Shown piece after piece: positions 28,531 to 39,525 of a stretch of 64,000 nt of DNA. The notes below the pieces were generated by a model. It had not been told where the DNA came from, did no database searches, and saw only the letters and a list, made by a program, of their open reading frames with translations. The stretch is from Paraspadella gotoi. Lineage: Eukaryota; Animalia; Chaetognatha. The stretch lies in contig CM119266.1 of NCBI GenBank assembly GCA_051294375.1, positions 12,886,081 to 12,950,080 on the forward strand. Reading direction: 5' to 3'. Position 1 is the first letter of the stretch; the number at the start of each line of letters is the position of its first letter. Position numbers and translations under genes: made by a program.

Positions 28531-31500
28531 TATTTCTTTCTTTTCTTTTTTCTCTTTTTTTCTTCCTCTCCATTTCTATTTTTTTTTATTCATTCTTTCA
28601 TTTTTTAAAACTTTTCTGCTCTAATACGTTAATTAATTTTTATTTATTTCGTTTTCTTCCTTTTCTTTTCTTTTCCTTCCCATCCCTTCCCTTCTCTTAC
28701 CTCTCCTTGCCTTACCTTCCCCCAGCTACGACGCGGGAGCCATTCTCACCAAGATCGAGTACGGTCGTGCCGTCATCCACTTCGCCTACGAGGAGAGGCC
28801 CGACCCTAGCGAGTCCTACCTCGGCGGGTTCCTGATCGAAAATTCGACGAAGCGTTTGACGCACGTGTCTGTCGTCAACGAGAACGTCGTCCTCTACAAC
28901 TACAAGATCGGCTTCAACGAGATCGGCTACGGCGGATCCAAAAGATCAATAGTTGACGAAATCAAGGTGATTATCAGTACAGAGTTTACAGAATGAGAAT
29001 TTAATTGATTAATCGATGAACTGATAAAGATTAATTGGTCTGATTTTGATTAATTGATTTTTTGACCGATTGATTGATTGTATCTTTGATTGATTGCTTG
29101 ATTCATTTGTGCGAAGAATTGCTTAATTTTAGAAAATGGAAAGATACTTTAAGATCTATAACGTAGAAGTAATGCACCACCGATCAATCGTCCTTTTTGA
29201 AATGTTATTCCTCCAGGTCTGCGACCGCAACGACCGCTGCTTGAAGCCCCTCAAGTTTGGCTACGACGGCGCCGCTTTTCGCCCAGAGTTCGAGGCGGCG
29301 ACGATGGCGACGGCCGACTTCGGCACGAAGCAAGGATGGAATGTCGAGAGACACGACAGGTGCGTTGCAAAATTTTTCCGAAGGATAGTTCATAACGCGT
29401 TCACAATTTTGTGAATCGTGTGATTAATAATTCATTTAATGTTCCTTGAGAACTAAAAAATCCGAGTTCCTTATAGTTATACGTATTTAACATTGTCGAA
29501 TAAATATTACGAAATATATTACAATAAATAAAGAAGGAATAATAAGGATTAAATAATGAAGAACTTCATAAACTTTAATCAGTCGAGCATTTAACAATTA
29601 ACATCCTCGTACCTTATTGAATATGTTAACCAACTATATGTAAATTTAATTTCCGTAATCTCCACCGACTCTTCAGATTCATCGAGGACATCAACGGCGA
29701 TGGCTTCGCCGACGTCGTCGGTTTCGCCGACTCTGGCGTCTACGTCGGCGCCAACTCCGGCGACGGCACCTTCGCCGAGATGCGCCGCGTCTCCTCCTAC
29801 TTTGGTTCAATCAACTTCAAGAAAGAGAATCCCCGGTTTCTCTCAGACGTTGACGGCGACGGTCTTCCGGACATCGTGGGTCTCGCCAACGCCGCCGTCC
29901 TCGTCGCCTTCAACGAAGGCAACTTCTCCTTCTCCGCCGCTCAAAAGATGACTTCCCTCTATGGCTCCTTCACCTTCAACTCCGGTTGGCGCGCGGACAA
30001 GCATCCGCGTCTCGTCATGGACGTCGACAACGACGGACGCGCGGACATCGTGGGATTCGCCGACCGTGGCGTCTTCGTGGCGCTGAGCGAGGGGCGTCAA
30101 TTCGGCGCCGCCAGGCTTTGGGTCGACAATTACGGCGAAGCCATAGGATGGAAGATGGACAAGCACGTCCGCACGCTGGGCGACGTGAACGGTGACGGTC
30201 TCCCTGATATCGTAGGAATGGCCGACTCTTACGTCTTTGTCTCTATCAACACGGGATCCGGTTTTGAGAAGCCTGCCGTTTGGACGACCGGCCAATTCAC
30301 GTTGAAACCCGATGGTTGGTCAGTTAAGTCAAATCCCCGAATGTTGCGCGACGTCAATGGCGACGGCCTGGCGGACTTAGTCGGGTTTAGCTGCTGCAGC
30401 GTCCAGGTAAAGCTCAACACTGGCTCTAGTTTCGCGCCATCCAAAGTCTGGTCCTCGGAGTTTGGCTCGAGAGTTTGGAGCGCGGAAGATCATCCCCGGA
30501 TGCTGGAGGATGTCAGCGGAGACGGTCTACCCGATGTAGTAGGTTTTGCCGATTCCGGCGTCTTTGTCGCCATCAATCAGGGGTCTAAGTTTGGAAAAGC
30601 GACGAGGTGGAACTCCGCTTTCGGTAAGGGCGTCGGTTGGCGCGGAAATTCTCACCCGCGGATCTTGAGAGACGTTTCCGGTGACGGCGTCGCCGATGTC
30701 GTCGGTTTCGCCGCCACCGGCGTTTTCGTCGCCACCGGCGTCAATCACGCCCCCAGAATCTCGTCGATCGTCGACAGTTTTGGCGCCAAATCGATTCTCG
30801 GGTATGAGACGTTGCCAAGGATGGCAAAAACCAGCGCGTATTCAGCCGGCGCCGCCGCGACATACCCAAAACAAGTCGGCGTATTTCCATTGCCGGTGGT
30901 CAAGAGTTTGGCGCGTTACACAAAAGATAAGATGATAAACGAGACAACCTTCGCGTACGAGAGACTCGAGATCGATCTGAGGGGAAGAGGATTCCTCGGC
31001 TTCAGTTCCATCACCTCCAGAACGTCTACCTCCAATCTCTTCGAGACGGTCGACTTCCACACTGATTTTCCTTTAACCGGAATCGTTCATCGCAAAACCC
31101 TGAGCTGGAAGCGCCAAGGGAAAGACGCGGCCGTTGTCAAAAGATCGGCCTACGAATACGAGACGCCGGAGATCGATGGGATCGTCCACGTGGTCCTGAA
31201 GAGCTCCAAGGCGGAGAGCAACGACGAAGAAGGCCACTTTCTCTCCAGGACTACCTCCAAATTCTCTGAATACCAGAGAGAGTTTGGAGAATTTTGTTCC
31301 ATTGTCGTCGTCTCTGAGGGAAATGACAACCAGACATTCGAGGTCGACACACGTCACGAATTTGAGTCCAACACTGCAAAATGGATTTTGGGAAACACGG
31401 TAAAATCTGTCGTGACTCACAAGGCCATTGGCACACCGGACATTGTCAAGACCATGACCTTTGGATATGACAATAACACCGGCGCAAAGGTCAGAGATGT

Positions 31501-34500
31501 GAGAGACCCAGGGAAAGAGTTATCCTTGGAATCGATCTACGATTATGACGATTTTGGCAATCTGATCCGCCACACTGAGGCTCCCACTGGAGAAGTGGAC
31601 ACGGAGGGTCGAGTTGCAAAATTCGTTTTTGATGAGGATGGCATTCTCATGACGAGTCGTTCCAATGCGCTCGGCCACACGGAGACCTTTGAACATGATG
31701 CCCGGGGCAATGTGGTCCGCTCAAAGGGACCCAATGGAATCTTGACCCGATGGGAGTACAACGAGATCGGCAAGATGGTCACTGAGCTCCGGAGCGATGA
31801 GACATCCACAAAATGGAAATACAAATGGAATGAAGAGGATGAGAGCTACCGACTTGTGAAAGAGGTGCAGGGATTCTCACCCGAGACGAGGATCTACGAC
31901 ATCAACGATCGGTTGGTAAAGATCGTGAATCTAGGCGCCGAGGACCAAAAGATTGTCCAGAAGTATGTCTACAATGAAAGGGGCCTTTTAAAGAAGCAGT
32001 CGGCGCCAGCAAACGAAGGAGACCAGGTTTTGTGGGAGGAGTACGAGTATGACGACTTTGGCAGAGTTGTTAGAGAGAAGAGGCCGGGAGGAGGAGGAAG
32101 GACCGCCGAGACTCAATTTAGGTAAGGGAGAGAAAGAGAGAATAAGGGAGTGAGTGAGAGAGAGAGAATGAGAGAAAAAGAGAGCGGGACTGCTAGAATG
32201 AAAAAAAAAACAATGATTGATAAAAAAATTAAAAAGTAAAGTAGTATTTTAAAATTTATGTATTATTTATGACATTTTAGAATGATTGTTTGCCACAAAA
32301 TCAGGTATGATGGACTTCGGACGACCGAAATTGACCCTAAGGGCAACGCCAAAGTGACGGAGGTCGATATTCTTGGCCGGATTGTCTCTCTCACTGACGC
32401 CAATGGCGCCCAGAATGTGTACGAGTACGATGCAGTTGGAAATCTTCTGAAGGTTTTAAATGCATACAATGTCCCCATTGTGACTGCTTACGACAATTTT
32501 GGCAACAAAAAGACTGTTGATGATCCTCACATGGGCATCTGGTCTTACAAGCATAATGCCTATGGCGAGCTGGTAAGGCAAATAGACGCTGTCGGCAATG
32601 TGATCAACCAGACGTTCGACAAGCTTGGTCGAAAAGTCTCAAAGACGGACATTGATGGAAAAGCTGAGTGGACGTACGACGGCAAAAACGGGATTGGCAA
32701 ATTAGCCATTGAGAAATCCCCTGGAATGGAGAAGGCATGGCTTTATGACAAATTTGGCCGAGAAGACAGAATAATAACCAAAGTTCAAGTTGATGGTGAG
32801 ATCAAAGTATACGAGATAGAAAATATCTATGACAACTTTGGCCGACTCATTACACAAAAGTATCCCAATGGCAAAGAGGTCCATCGTTGTTACAATTCGA
32901 ATGGTTTCTTGTTACGAGTGCAAAATGTTAAGTGCAGCGTTACGTGGGGCGTCTATTGGGAGGCGCTGAAATATGACGCCAAGGGCAAAGTCGTGAAAGA
33001 GCGTCATGGAAATGGCATGTCGACCAAATATGAATACGACAACGCTGACAATCTGCTGAAGATTGAAACTACCACCGTCGATGGAACCGAGAAGATTCGC
33101 GATCTCCGCTATGAGTACGATCTTAACCACAATTTACTCAGCAGAAGTCTTGATGAATCGACTTCCGATGGATCGAGGGAGACCTTCATCTACGACAACA
33201 TGGACCGCCTTCTGCGTGCTTCTCTGGTCACCGTCGTTGACCCTAAAAATTATGGCTATGAACAGAATTGGGCCTATGATTTGGTGGGCAACATAGTCTC
33301 CGACGATGCGTTCGGCCTGCGTCACTTTAAGTACACCAAGGATAAACCACACGCTGTTAAAAAAGCGGGAAAGAACAAATATGAATACAATGCCAATGGA
33401 AATATCATCGATCGTAATGGGATGAAGATCTCATGGACGGCGACCAACAAACCTAAATCGTTCGCGACAGAGAAATCGGTTATCAACTTCGGCTACGATG
33501 CCAACGGCCATCGCTTCATGAAGAAGCACGACGGGGAGACGACAATCAACTTGGGCCAACTCTACGAGGTTAAAATCAGCCCGAACGGAACCCTTTCCAC
33601 TGTTTTTATCTATGCTCACAGGTCGGGCTACATGGTCGCGATGGAAAAAACTATGGAAGAAAAGCGCGAGGTGAATTTTGTGCACACGGACAACTTGGGA
33701 TCAGTCGAAACAATCACCGACAAAGATGGTGCTATCAAGCAGAAGACATGCTACCAAGCTTTCGGACTGAAGCGCAACTGCTTCCCCTTGAAGAATAAGA
33801 GTTCGGAGGTGACCTCAAAAGGTTTCACGGGTCACGATCATCTAGAGTTCGCCGGCCTCATTCACATGAACGGGCGAGTGTACGACGCAGACATAGGGCG
33901 TTTCCTCAGCCCCGATCCGCACATTCAACATCTGTACGACACCCAAGGCCTCAACCGATACACCTATGCGCGAAACAACCCGCTGAAGTACGACGACCCA
34001 TCGGGATACTTCTTCAAAGCCATAAAGCGCGCCTTCAAGAAAGTCGTGAAATTCGTCAAGAAGATGTGGCGCCCTATCCTAGCCGTTGCCGCCACTGTTG
34101 TAACAGCAGGCGCCGCTGCCGGGCCCGCCGCCGCTCTGGTCGCATCCGTGGGCTTGACTGGCACCACGGCCGCCGTGGCAACCGGCGCCCTCGTTGGAGC
34201 CTCTTCCGGCTTCGTCGGTGGCACAATCTCCACCGGAACGATCCAAGGAGGGCTGAAAGGTGCCTTGGCAGGCGCAATAACGGGGGGAGTGACAGCCGGG
34301 GTCGCCAATGCAGACGTGGTGACTCGAATCGTGGGAAAAGCCACGGGGCAAGGCCTCGCCGCGGAGGCAACGGGCGGCGATTTCAAGGACGGATTCGTCA
34401 AAGGGGCCACGTTCGCCAGCGCAAAATTCCTCTACAAGTCTGTCGTCGGCTACGACGCAGTTTGGGAATCCGGCAAGGGCGCAAAGATAAAGGGAGAACT

Positions 34501-34905
34501 CGACATGCCCAATAGGGGCTACAACAACTTTGGCACCCAAGGGCACCAGACCGTGGACCCCAGCTGGTTCAGAGGCGGCTCCATCAATTTTCAAGAGGGA
34601 GGAGGATTCAGTCGGCTGATGACCAAGGTTCCAGGGATGAACGCCATCTCCGGGATGCACGACGTTTTTCAGGTTTATTTTAGGAAAAAAAAAAGGTTTA
34701 AAAATCCCCAAAATCTTCATTGATACGATCCTTTCAATAGGTAAATCTGGACCGCGTGCTTTTCCCCGGTGCCCGCGACATCTTCAACGTGCCCGGAATG
34801 CCAGTCGCTGCAGGAGTCACTTACCTCGCTCTGCAGGATTCGGACACCCTGGGATTCGGCCACTACAAGAGGATGACCATAGACGAAAGCAGGAAGAGCA
34901 AATGA
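27174..34905 (+). CDS. Spliced (8-exon) secreted Rhs/YD-repeat toxin-like protein, 2008 aa: signal peptide + SpvB/TcB-like domain + 7-blade FG-GAP/PVL-like propeller + TcdB midN-like segment + YD shell + Rhs core + C-terminal cargo
   Basis: Exons read by hand: 27174-27409, 27646-27780, 28082-28375, 28726-28966, 29217-29359, 29677-32121, 32305-34672, 34741-34905. All introns are GT-AG, phases match, and the total is 6027 nt with no internal stop. Start context GCCATGG. Motifs: SIPIPLPDGPGSLRPELSIDYSS...DAFCLDGARL; DVNGDGLPDIVGF repeats; GRGFLGF; YD repeats; HTDNLGS...GFTGH...MNGRVYD...GRFLSPDP...NPLKYDDPSG. Confidence 0.93.
27646..27780 (+). CDS. Rhs gene exon 2 (SpvB-like)
   Basis: accag|A acceptor; PELSIDYSSSGSQGVVGIGFGISAVSTIVRCRKTLAQDGKIGGVE; donor gtacg at 27781. 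Missed by the ORF track. Confidence 0.88.
28082..28375 (+). CDS. Rhs gene exon 3 (SpvB-like)
   Basis: ttttctag|A; FTLEDAFCLDGARL...EYRSEIESFSRV...WTVETKD...AWSLTKVEDYFGNSVRY; donor gtgaa. Confidence 0.9.
28726..28966 (+). CDS. Rhs gene exon 4
   Basis: cccag|C; YDAGAILTKIEYG...FAYEERPD...KRLTHVSV...SIVDEIK; donor gtgatt. Confidence 0.88.
29217..29359 (+). CDS. Rhs gene exon 5 (end of SpvB-like region, start of propeller blade 1)
   Basis: ctccag|G; VCDRNDRCLKPLKFGY...ADFGTKQGWNVERHDR; donor gtgcg. Confidence 0.88.
29677..32121 (+). CDS. Rhs gene exon 6: FG-GAP/PVL-like propeller, TcdB midN-like segment, first YD repeats
   Basis: Contains the 781-aa ORF (29780-32125); cttcag|A acceptor, AG|gtaag donor at 32122. 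Confidence 0.93.
32305..34672 (+). CDS. Rhs gene exon 7: YD shell, Rhs-associated core, most of the C-terminal cargo
   Basis: Lies within the 813-aa ORF. The tcag|G acceptor gives TQFRYDGLRTT; an alternative in-frame acceptor exists at 32281. Donor CAG|gtttat at 34673. Confidence 0.93.
34741..34905 (+). CDS. Rhs gene exon 8 (terminal)
   Basis: Follows a 68-nt intron ending caatag; VNLDRVLFPGARDIFNVPGMPVAAGVTYLAL...RKSK, stop TGA at 34903-34905. Coding-like GC content resumes exactly here. Confidence 0.85.
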   Translation, partial: VNLDRVLFPGARDIFNVPGMPVAAGVTYLALQDSDTLGFGHYKRMTIDESRKSK

Positions 34906-36747
34906 TTTTTTTAGTTTTCCGAAAGCGATAACAAGTCAGACCGTCAGGCGACCAACTCGAGGTTTTTTCTTCTCCTTCATTGTCAAATCTTGATTATTAG
35001 TATCTATCAACTTGTCAAGCTATTCGTCTTTAATCTGCTTCTAAGCTAAAGCTTTTTTCTTCAATTGCTTCCGGTAATTTCAGTATTTTATCTTAGATCG
35101 CAGGATTTTTATTATTTTTGGGTTTTATTTCATTTTGTCATATTCTCTTGCATTGGGCAACATTCGAGACTAATTTTTCGTAAAGCAAAAAAAAAGAAAA
35201 AAGAATGATATCTAAATATTAATAACCCTCTACTTTTTCAACGTTGTAATTGATATTTCAAATTAATTAAAGATTTCCTAATTGTAAAAATAAAAAAACC
35301 TGCGTTTCGTCAGTAAATGATTAAGGTAAATAAAAGTTAAAGCGTAAATAAGATCAATCTTTATTATACGGAGGCAATACAAGATTAGACTCGAAATGAA
35401 ACGAAGTAGAAAAAGCCAGAAAACATAAACATAACTTTACTTGAAAAGAAGAGAAAAAAAAAACTAATTGCACCAGGTTTAACGGCCATAACAAGGTAGA
35501 GAAATTCAAGTGGCACAGATTTGGCGAATTCTTTCGATAGGGTAAATACTGGAAATAGTAATACTGACAAGAAAGGAGCAGATGGAATACAAGTTTACAC
35601 AAGGTATTTTCACGTAGCCTGAAGTAATTTAAAGGATAACTCCATTAATGTATTAATTAATACGAAGAGGGTTTCCCCTTATGCGCTCTAAAATGACTTT
35701 GTTAAAATAAAAAAAAAAAGACTGACAATTTTAAGATTAAAGAAGATTTCGATAGGAAATAAACGTGATAGGCTGGTAAGGTTTGGGCGGGTCTCACTGA
35801 AATTTTACAAAAGACAAGTGATCAACCACAGTCGGAAAATTTAATTGCTTTGGTTAAAAAAAAACAAAAAACAATACATAGCACCATTCATTGAAAGCAG
35901 AAACATAATCTTCTCAAGTTAAAGAAAAATTAAAATAATTTTAATGTACAATAATTTTTTAAATTAATTCCGTTAACTTATTATTATCTAAACACTACTA
36001 AAATGATTCTTATGTACATATTTCATCCAGTTATTTACAATACTTCACAAAATGCTTCAAGTTTATGCAGCTCGTTGATATGTTAATGATTGGGCTAATG
36101 CATTCATTACACAATGTATTTTTTGGAAAAACCCGTAAAAATAGATAAAATTAAAGATGATTCGGATTAGTTTTGAAAGTTATTTGTCGATATAATATTG
36201 AAACAAGTGAGCCTTATTTGACAGTATTTATAAAGGAATTAAGGAGATAACTAACCAATAAGGTTTAAAAACAAAAGGGCTTTTTCTAAATACTTCAACT
36301 CTAATCAGAAAATAAATTAATTTACTTTTGCTAGTTATCAAGATTTTAATCTTAACAGGATAAAACGTTGAACAGTGATCGTAATCCGTGTCAAAAGAAA
36401 AGAAGAAATAACTACATTTATAAAAATCAATTACAAAAAATTTAAGAAGAAGAATGATCAAGAAAGGGATTGATTGACTGATATGATGTGGGCAGCAGAT
36501 TTATCGAAAAAAAGTCATGGTAATAAAATCTCATATTAAAATTTTTGTGGATGTGATGATTGTAAACTATTGCGTTTCGTGCGCTCAAAATTTCAAATAC
36601 TAAGTAGCTAAGTTCAGATTTTCTAAATAATTTAAACGAATCTGTGATCAATTCGTACTCAATTACAAAACCTGGCGCAAACTTCCCAACGCGACGAGGA
36701 AAGTAAAGCGTTCCTTTGTATTTTTTTTTCTTAATTCTCAAGAATCG

Positions 36748-38596
36748 TCAGGCGAACAGACCCATTCGATTAACTTTGGCCGACAAAAATGTATGGAGGA
36801 CAAAAACGATGGGTTTCGGGCAGCTGTGCAAATCGATCTCCTGTAAAAAAAAATACAAGCCGATATCATTATAAAGTATTATTTTTAAGAACCAGTATCT
36901 TTTGTTGTTTTTTTTTTTTAGTTCAGAACATTGCCGTTGGAGCCCGCAACTCGTTTCCCTCACCTGCTCCCCGTCGTCTCCGCCAAAGTCCAGCCAAAGT
37001 ATCCTTTGCCCGTCGTCCGCTGACATTTTAAGTTTTTCAAAGGGAAATTTCCAGACGAGACGTTCCTGTCCAACTTCCGGTCCAGAACTTTGCGGCGCCA
37101 CGAGGCTGAAACCGTCGTTGTAGTGTAGAGTCAGCTTGGCCTCCTGTCCGCGCCACGTTACGTCTGTAACAAAAGAGCATTCATGGATTTCTTAAAGGGC
37201 GGGAGAAAAAACCCGGGCAGATCACAGAAGCTTCACTCCGGTCGACAAAAAAACTTATTATCATCTTAAATTAAAATGCATCCAGTCATGGACAGACTTA
37301 CTGCACTGAATTTCTTTGATTAGTGAAGCAGCGTTGTGAGAGCCAGCGACCAGAGTCCGACACCACTCTGTAAAAAATAAAATGAATATTAATGAGGTCG
37401 GCTAATTAATTAATTGATAAAATAAAATGAATATTAATTAGGTCGTCTATGAATTAATACCCACCGGCGAGATCCCGATGAGTGTCGAGTCGGAAGGTGT
37501 GGCTCTCTACGCCGCCGCGCGTTCCAGTCCTCGTCTGGAAGTAGAGGCTGTCGTGGAGCGACGACGTCGAGTGGGGCTTCGTCGGCGACGTTTGGACCAG
37601 CCTAGTTGGAGGCGGGGCCGGGGGAGGGGGTAAGTTCAGAGCCAGGGTAGTTAACAACTTAATCTGTATCGTGGGTGTAGCTAAAAAACAAAGAGAGATT
37701 ATAAAGAACGTCCTTCGACATTGTCGTCGTCATTTCTCAAAACCATACAGTAGTATGTGTACATTGTTTATAATTTGTTCTTCCACTTATTTTTTTCTCT
37801 CCATCGTTCTAAAAATCTTTTTCATTCGACCCCGTAACAGTTCAATTTATTTCTTTTCCTGTTGTTAGTTTTGGATCCTTGAGCTGTTTTCATAAAACGT
37901 CAGGGTTAAAAGTCGACCTCGAACCCCAGACCTTCCGGGTCAGCCAGCGACGACCCTGCCAACCAAGGAAAGCAAGAAATCCGAGGACGAAACTGTCGGC
38001 GACGAAGGCGACAACGATGACGAAGACGATAGCGACATCGACGATGGCAAAAAATACGAGGAAAAAAGAAAAAGAAAAGATGACAAAGACAAAAATATCT
38101 TCCGCCGACAACATCTAAAAAAGTAAAATACGAGGAAGACGAAGTTAACAATGAACGCTTTACCGCCGGCGACAACGACGACGACAAGTAAGACGACAAC
38201 GACAACGACTCTGCCGACCTGAAGGGCTTTCAATTTTCGAGGACGTCAAGATTCGAGAAAATAGATCGTGAAAAAAAAAGGGAAGAAAAACAAGAAGAGA
38301 GGAAAAGGGGAGGAGGCCTTGACTGAAAGGGTTGAAGGAGTTTGTGGAGTTTGGGAAAAGACTTTGAAAACTTTTTTTTTGTTGCCTTAGTTAAAAATAG
38401 CTTTTTTGATCTTAGATTTAGTTATTTAGTTTATTTAGTTATACAATATTATTATCCATAACTTACCTAAGTTATGGATTTTACTAAAACAGTCGTATTT
38501 TTGATTACACTAGAATATTTTTTTTTAAAAAGGGAACCGAAAATGTTTTTTTTCAAAAACTGGACAAAAATAAAAAATAAAAATAAAAAGACGACG

Positions 38597-38661
<65 letters not shown>

Positions 38662-39440
38662 CGAAGATCGCGACTTCGAGCTGCTTCCTCCGTTTCCTTC
38701 AAAGAAAAACCAAGTGTAGAAAAAGAAACAAAGAAAAAAGGGGAAAAAGGGCCTAAGGTCAAAGGTGAGCGCGCTTTACTGCCAGACTCAAGCGAATTGC
38801 GCCACAAAAAATGGGCCCTGGTTTTTTTGGGGGGGGGATGGGAAGGGGGGGCGTGGGGGGCAGAGATAGTAGGGGTAGGTCGCCAAGGTGAGGCAAGATT
38901 TGTCCAGACAAAGACGACGATGAGGTTGGATTTAAAGTATTGGTGGTGGGACGGGGAAGTTAGAGCTGTCGGAAAGCTGTTGACGGGTGAAAGTGGCAGT
39001 GAGAGTGAAAGTGATAGTTGGGTAGAGAAAGTCCTACTTTTCTCAGATGAAAAGGAAAAGTTAGCTTCCACATGGAAAAATAAATGAACTTATTCAGTAG
39101 ATGTTGTGGGAGTTTGAGAAAGCCTGGCGAGTTTTTAGAGTTTGTGAGCCTCAAGAATAACCCTCGAAAGAGGAATACACAAAAAGGGATTGGGGCTGAT
39201 AAGAAATAGTGAAGGAGTTCGGTTGGCGAGGGAATTTCGGGGGAAAAAAATGTTGTAGTTTTCGAGGTGACGATTCGGCGAAGACTGATTCCCGATTCGA
39301 GAGTTCGATCGTGAGGGAAAGAGAGAAGAGGGTGAAGTGGGAGGGAGAGAGAAAGAGAGAGAAAGACAGAGGAAGACAAAGAGGCGGAATATGCAAACGG
39401 AATCGCTAAGCGATGCGAGAAACAAAAGGGGGAGAAGGAA

Positions 39441-39525
<85 letters not shown>

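Noticed and set aside
33964-34720. Antisense and alternate-frame ORFs (148, 149, 213 aa) as immunity or overlapping genes
   Set aside because: Shadow ORFs expected from GC-rich Gly/Ala codons; no recognisable motifs.
29780-34723. Two-gene bacterial operon (TcB-like plus TcC/Rhs-like) or contaminant contig
   Set aside because: The ORFs are joined by a phase-matched GT-AG intron containing host GA repeats, upstream exons supply the N-terminus, and the gene is contiguous with syntrophin.
27174-34905. Teneurin ortholog
   Set aside because: No EGF repeats, intracellular domain, NHL propeller or Tox-GHH/TCAP tail; SpvB-like and FG-GAP domains are present instead.
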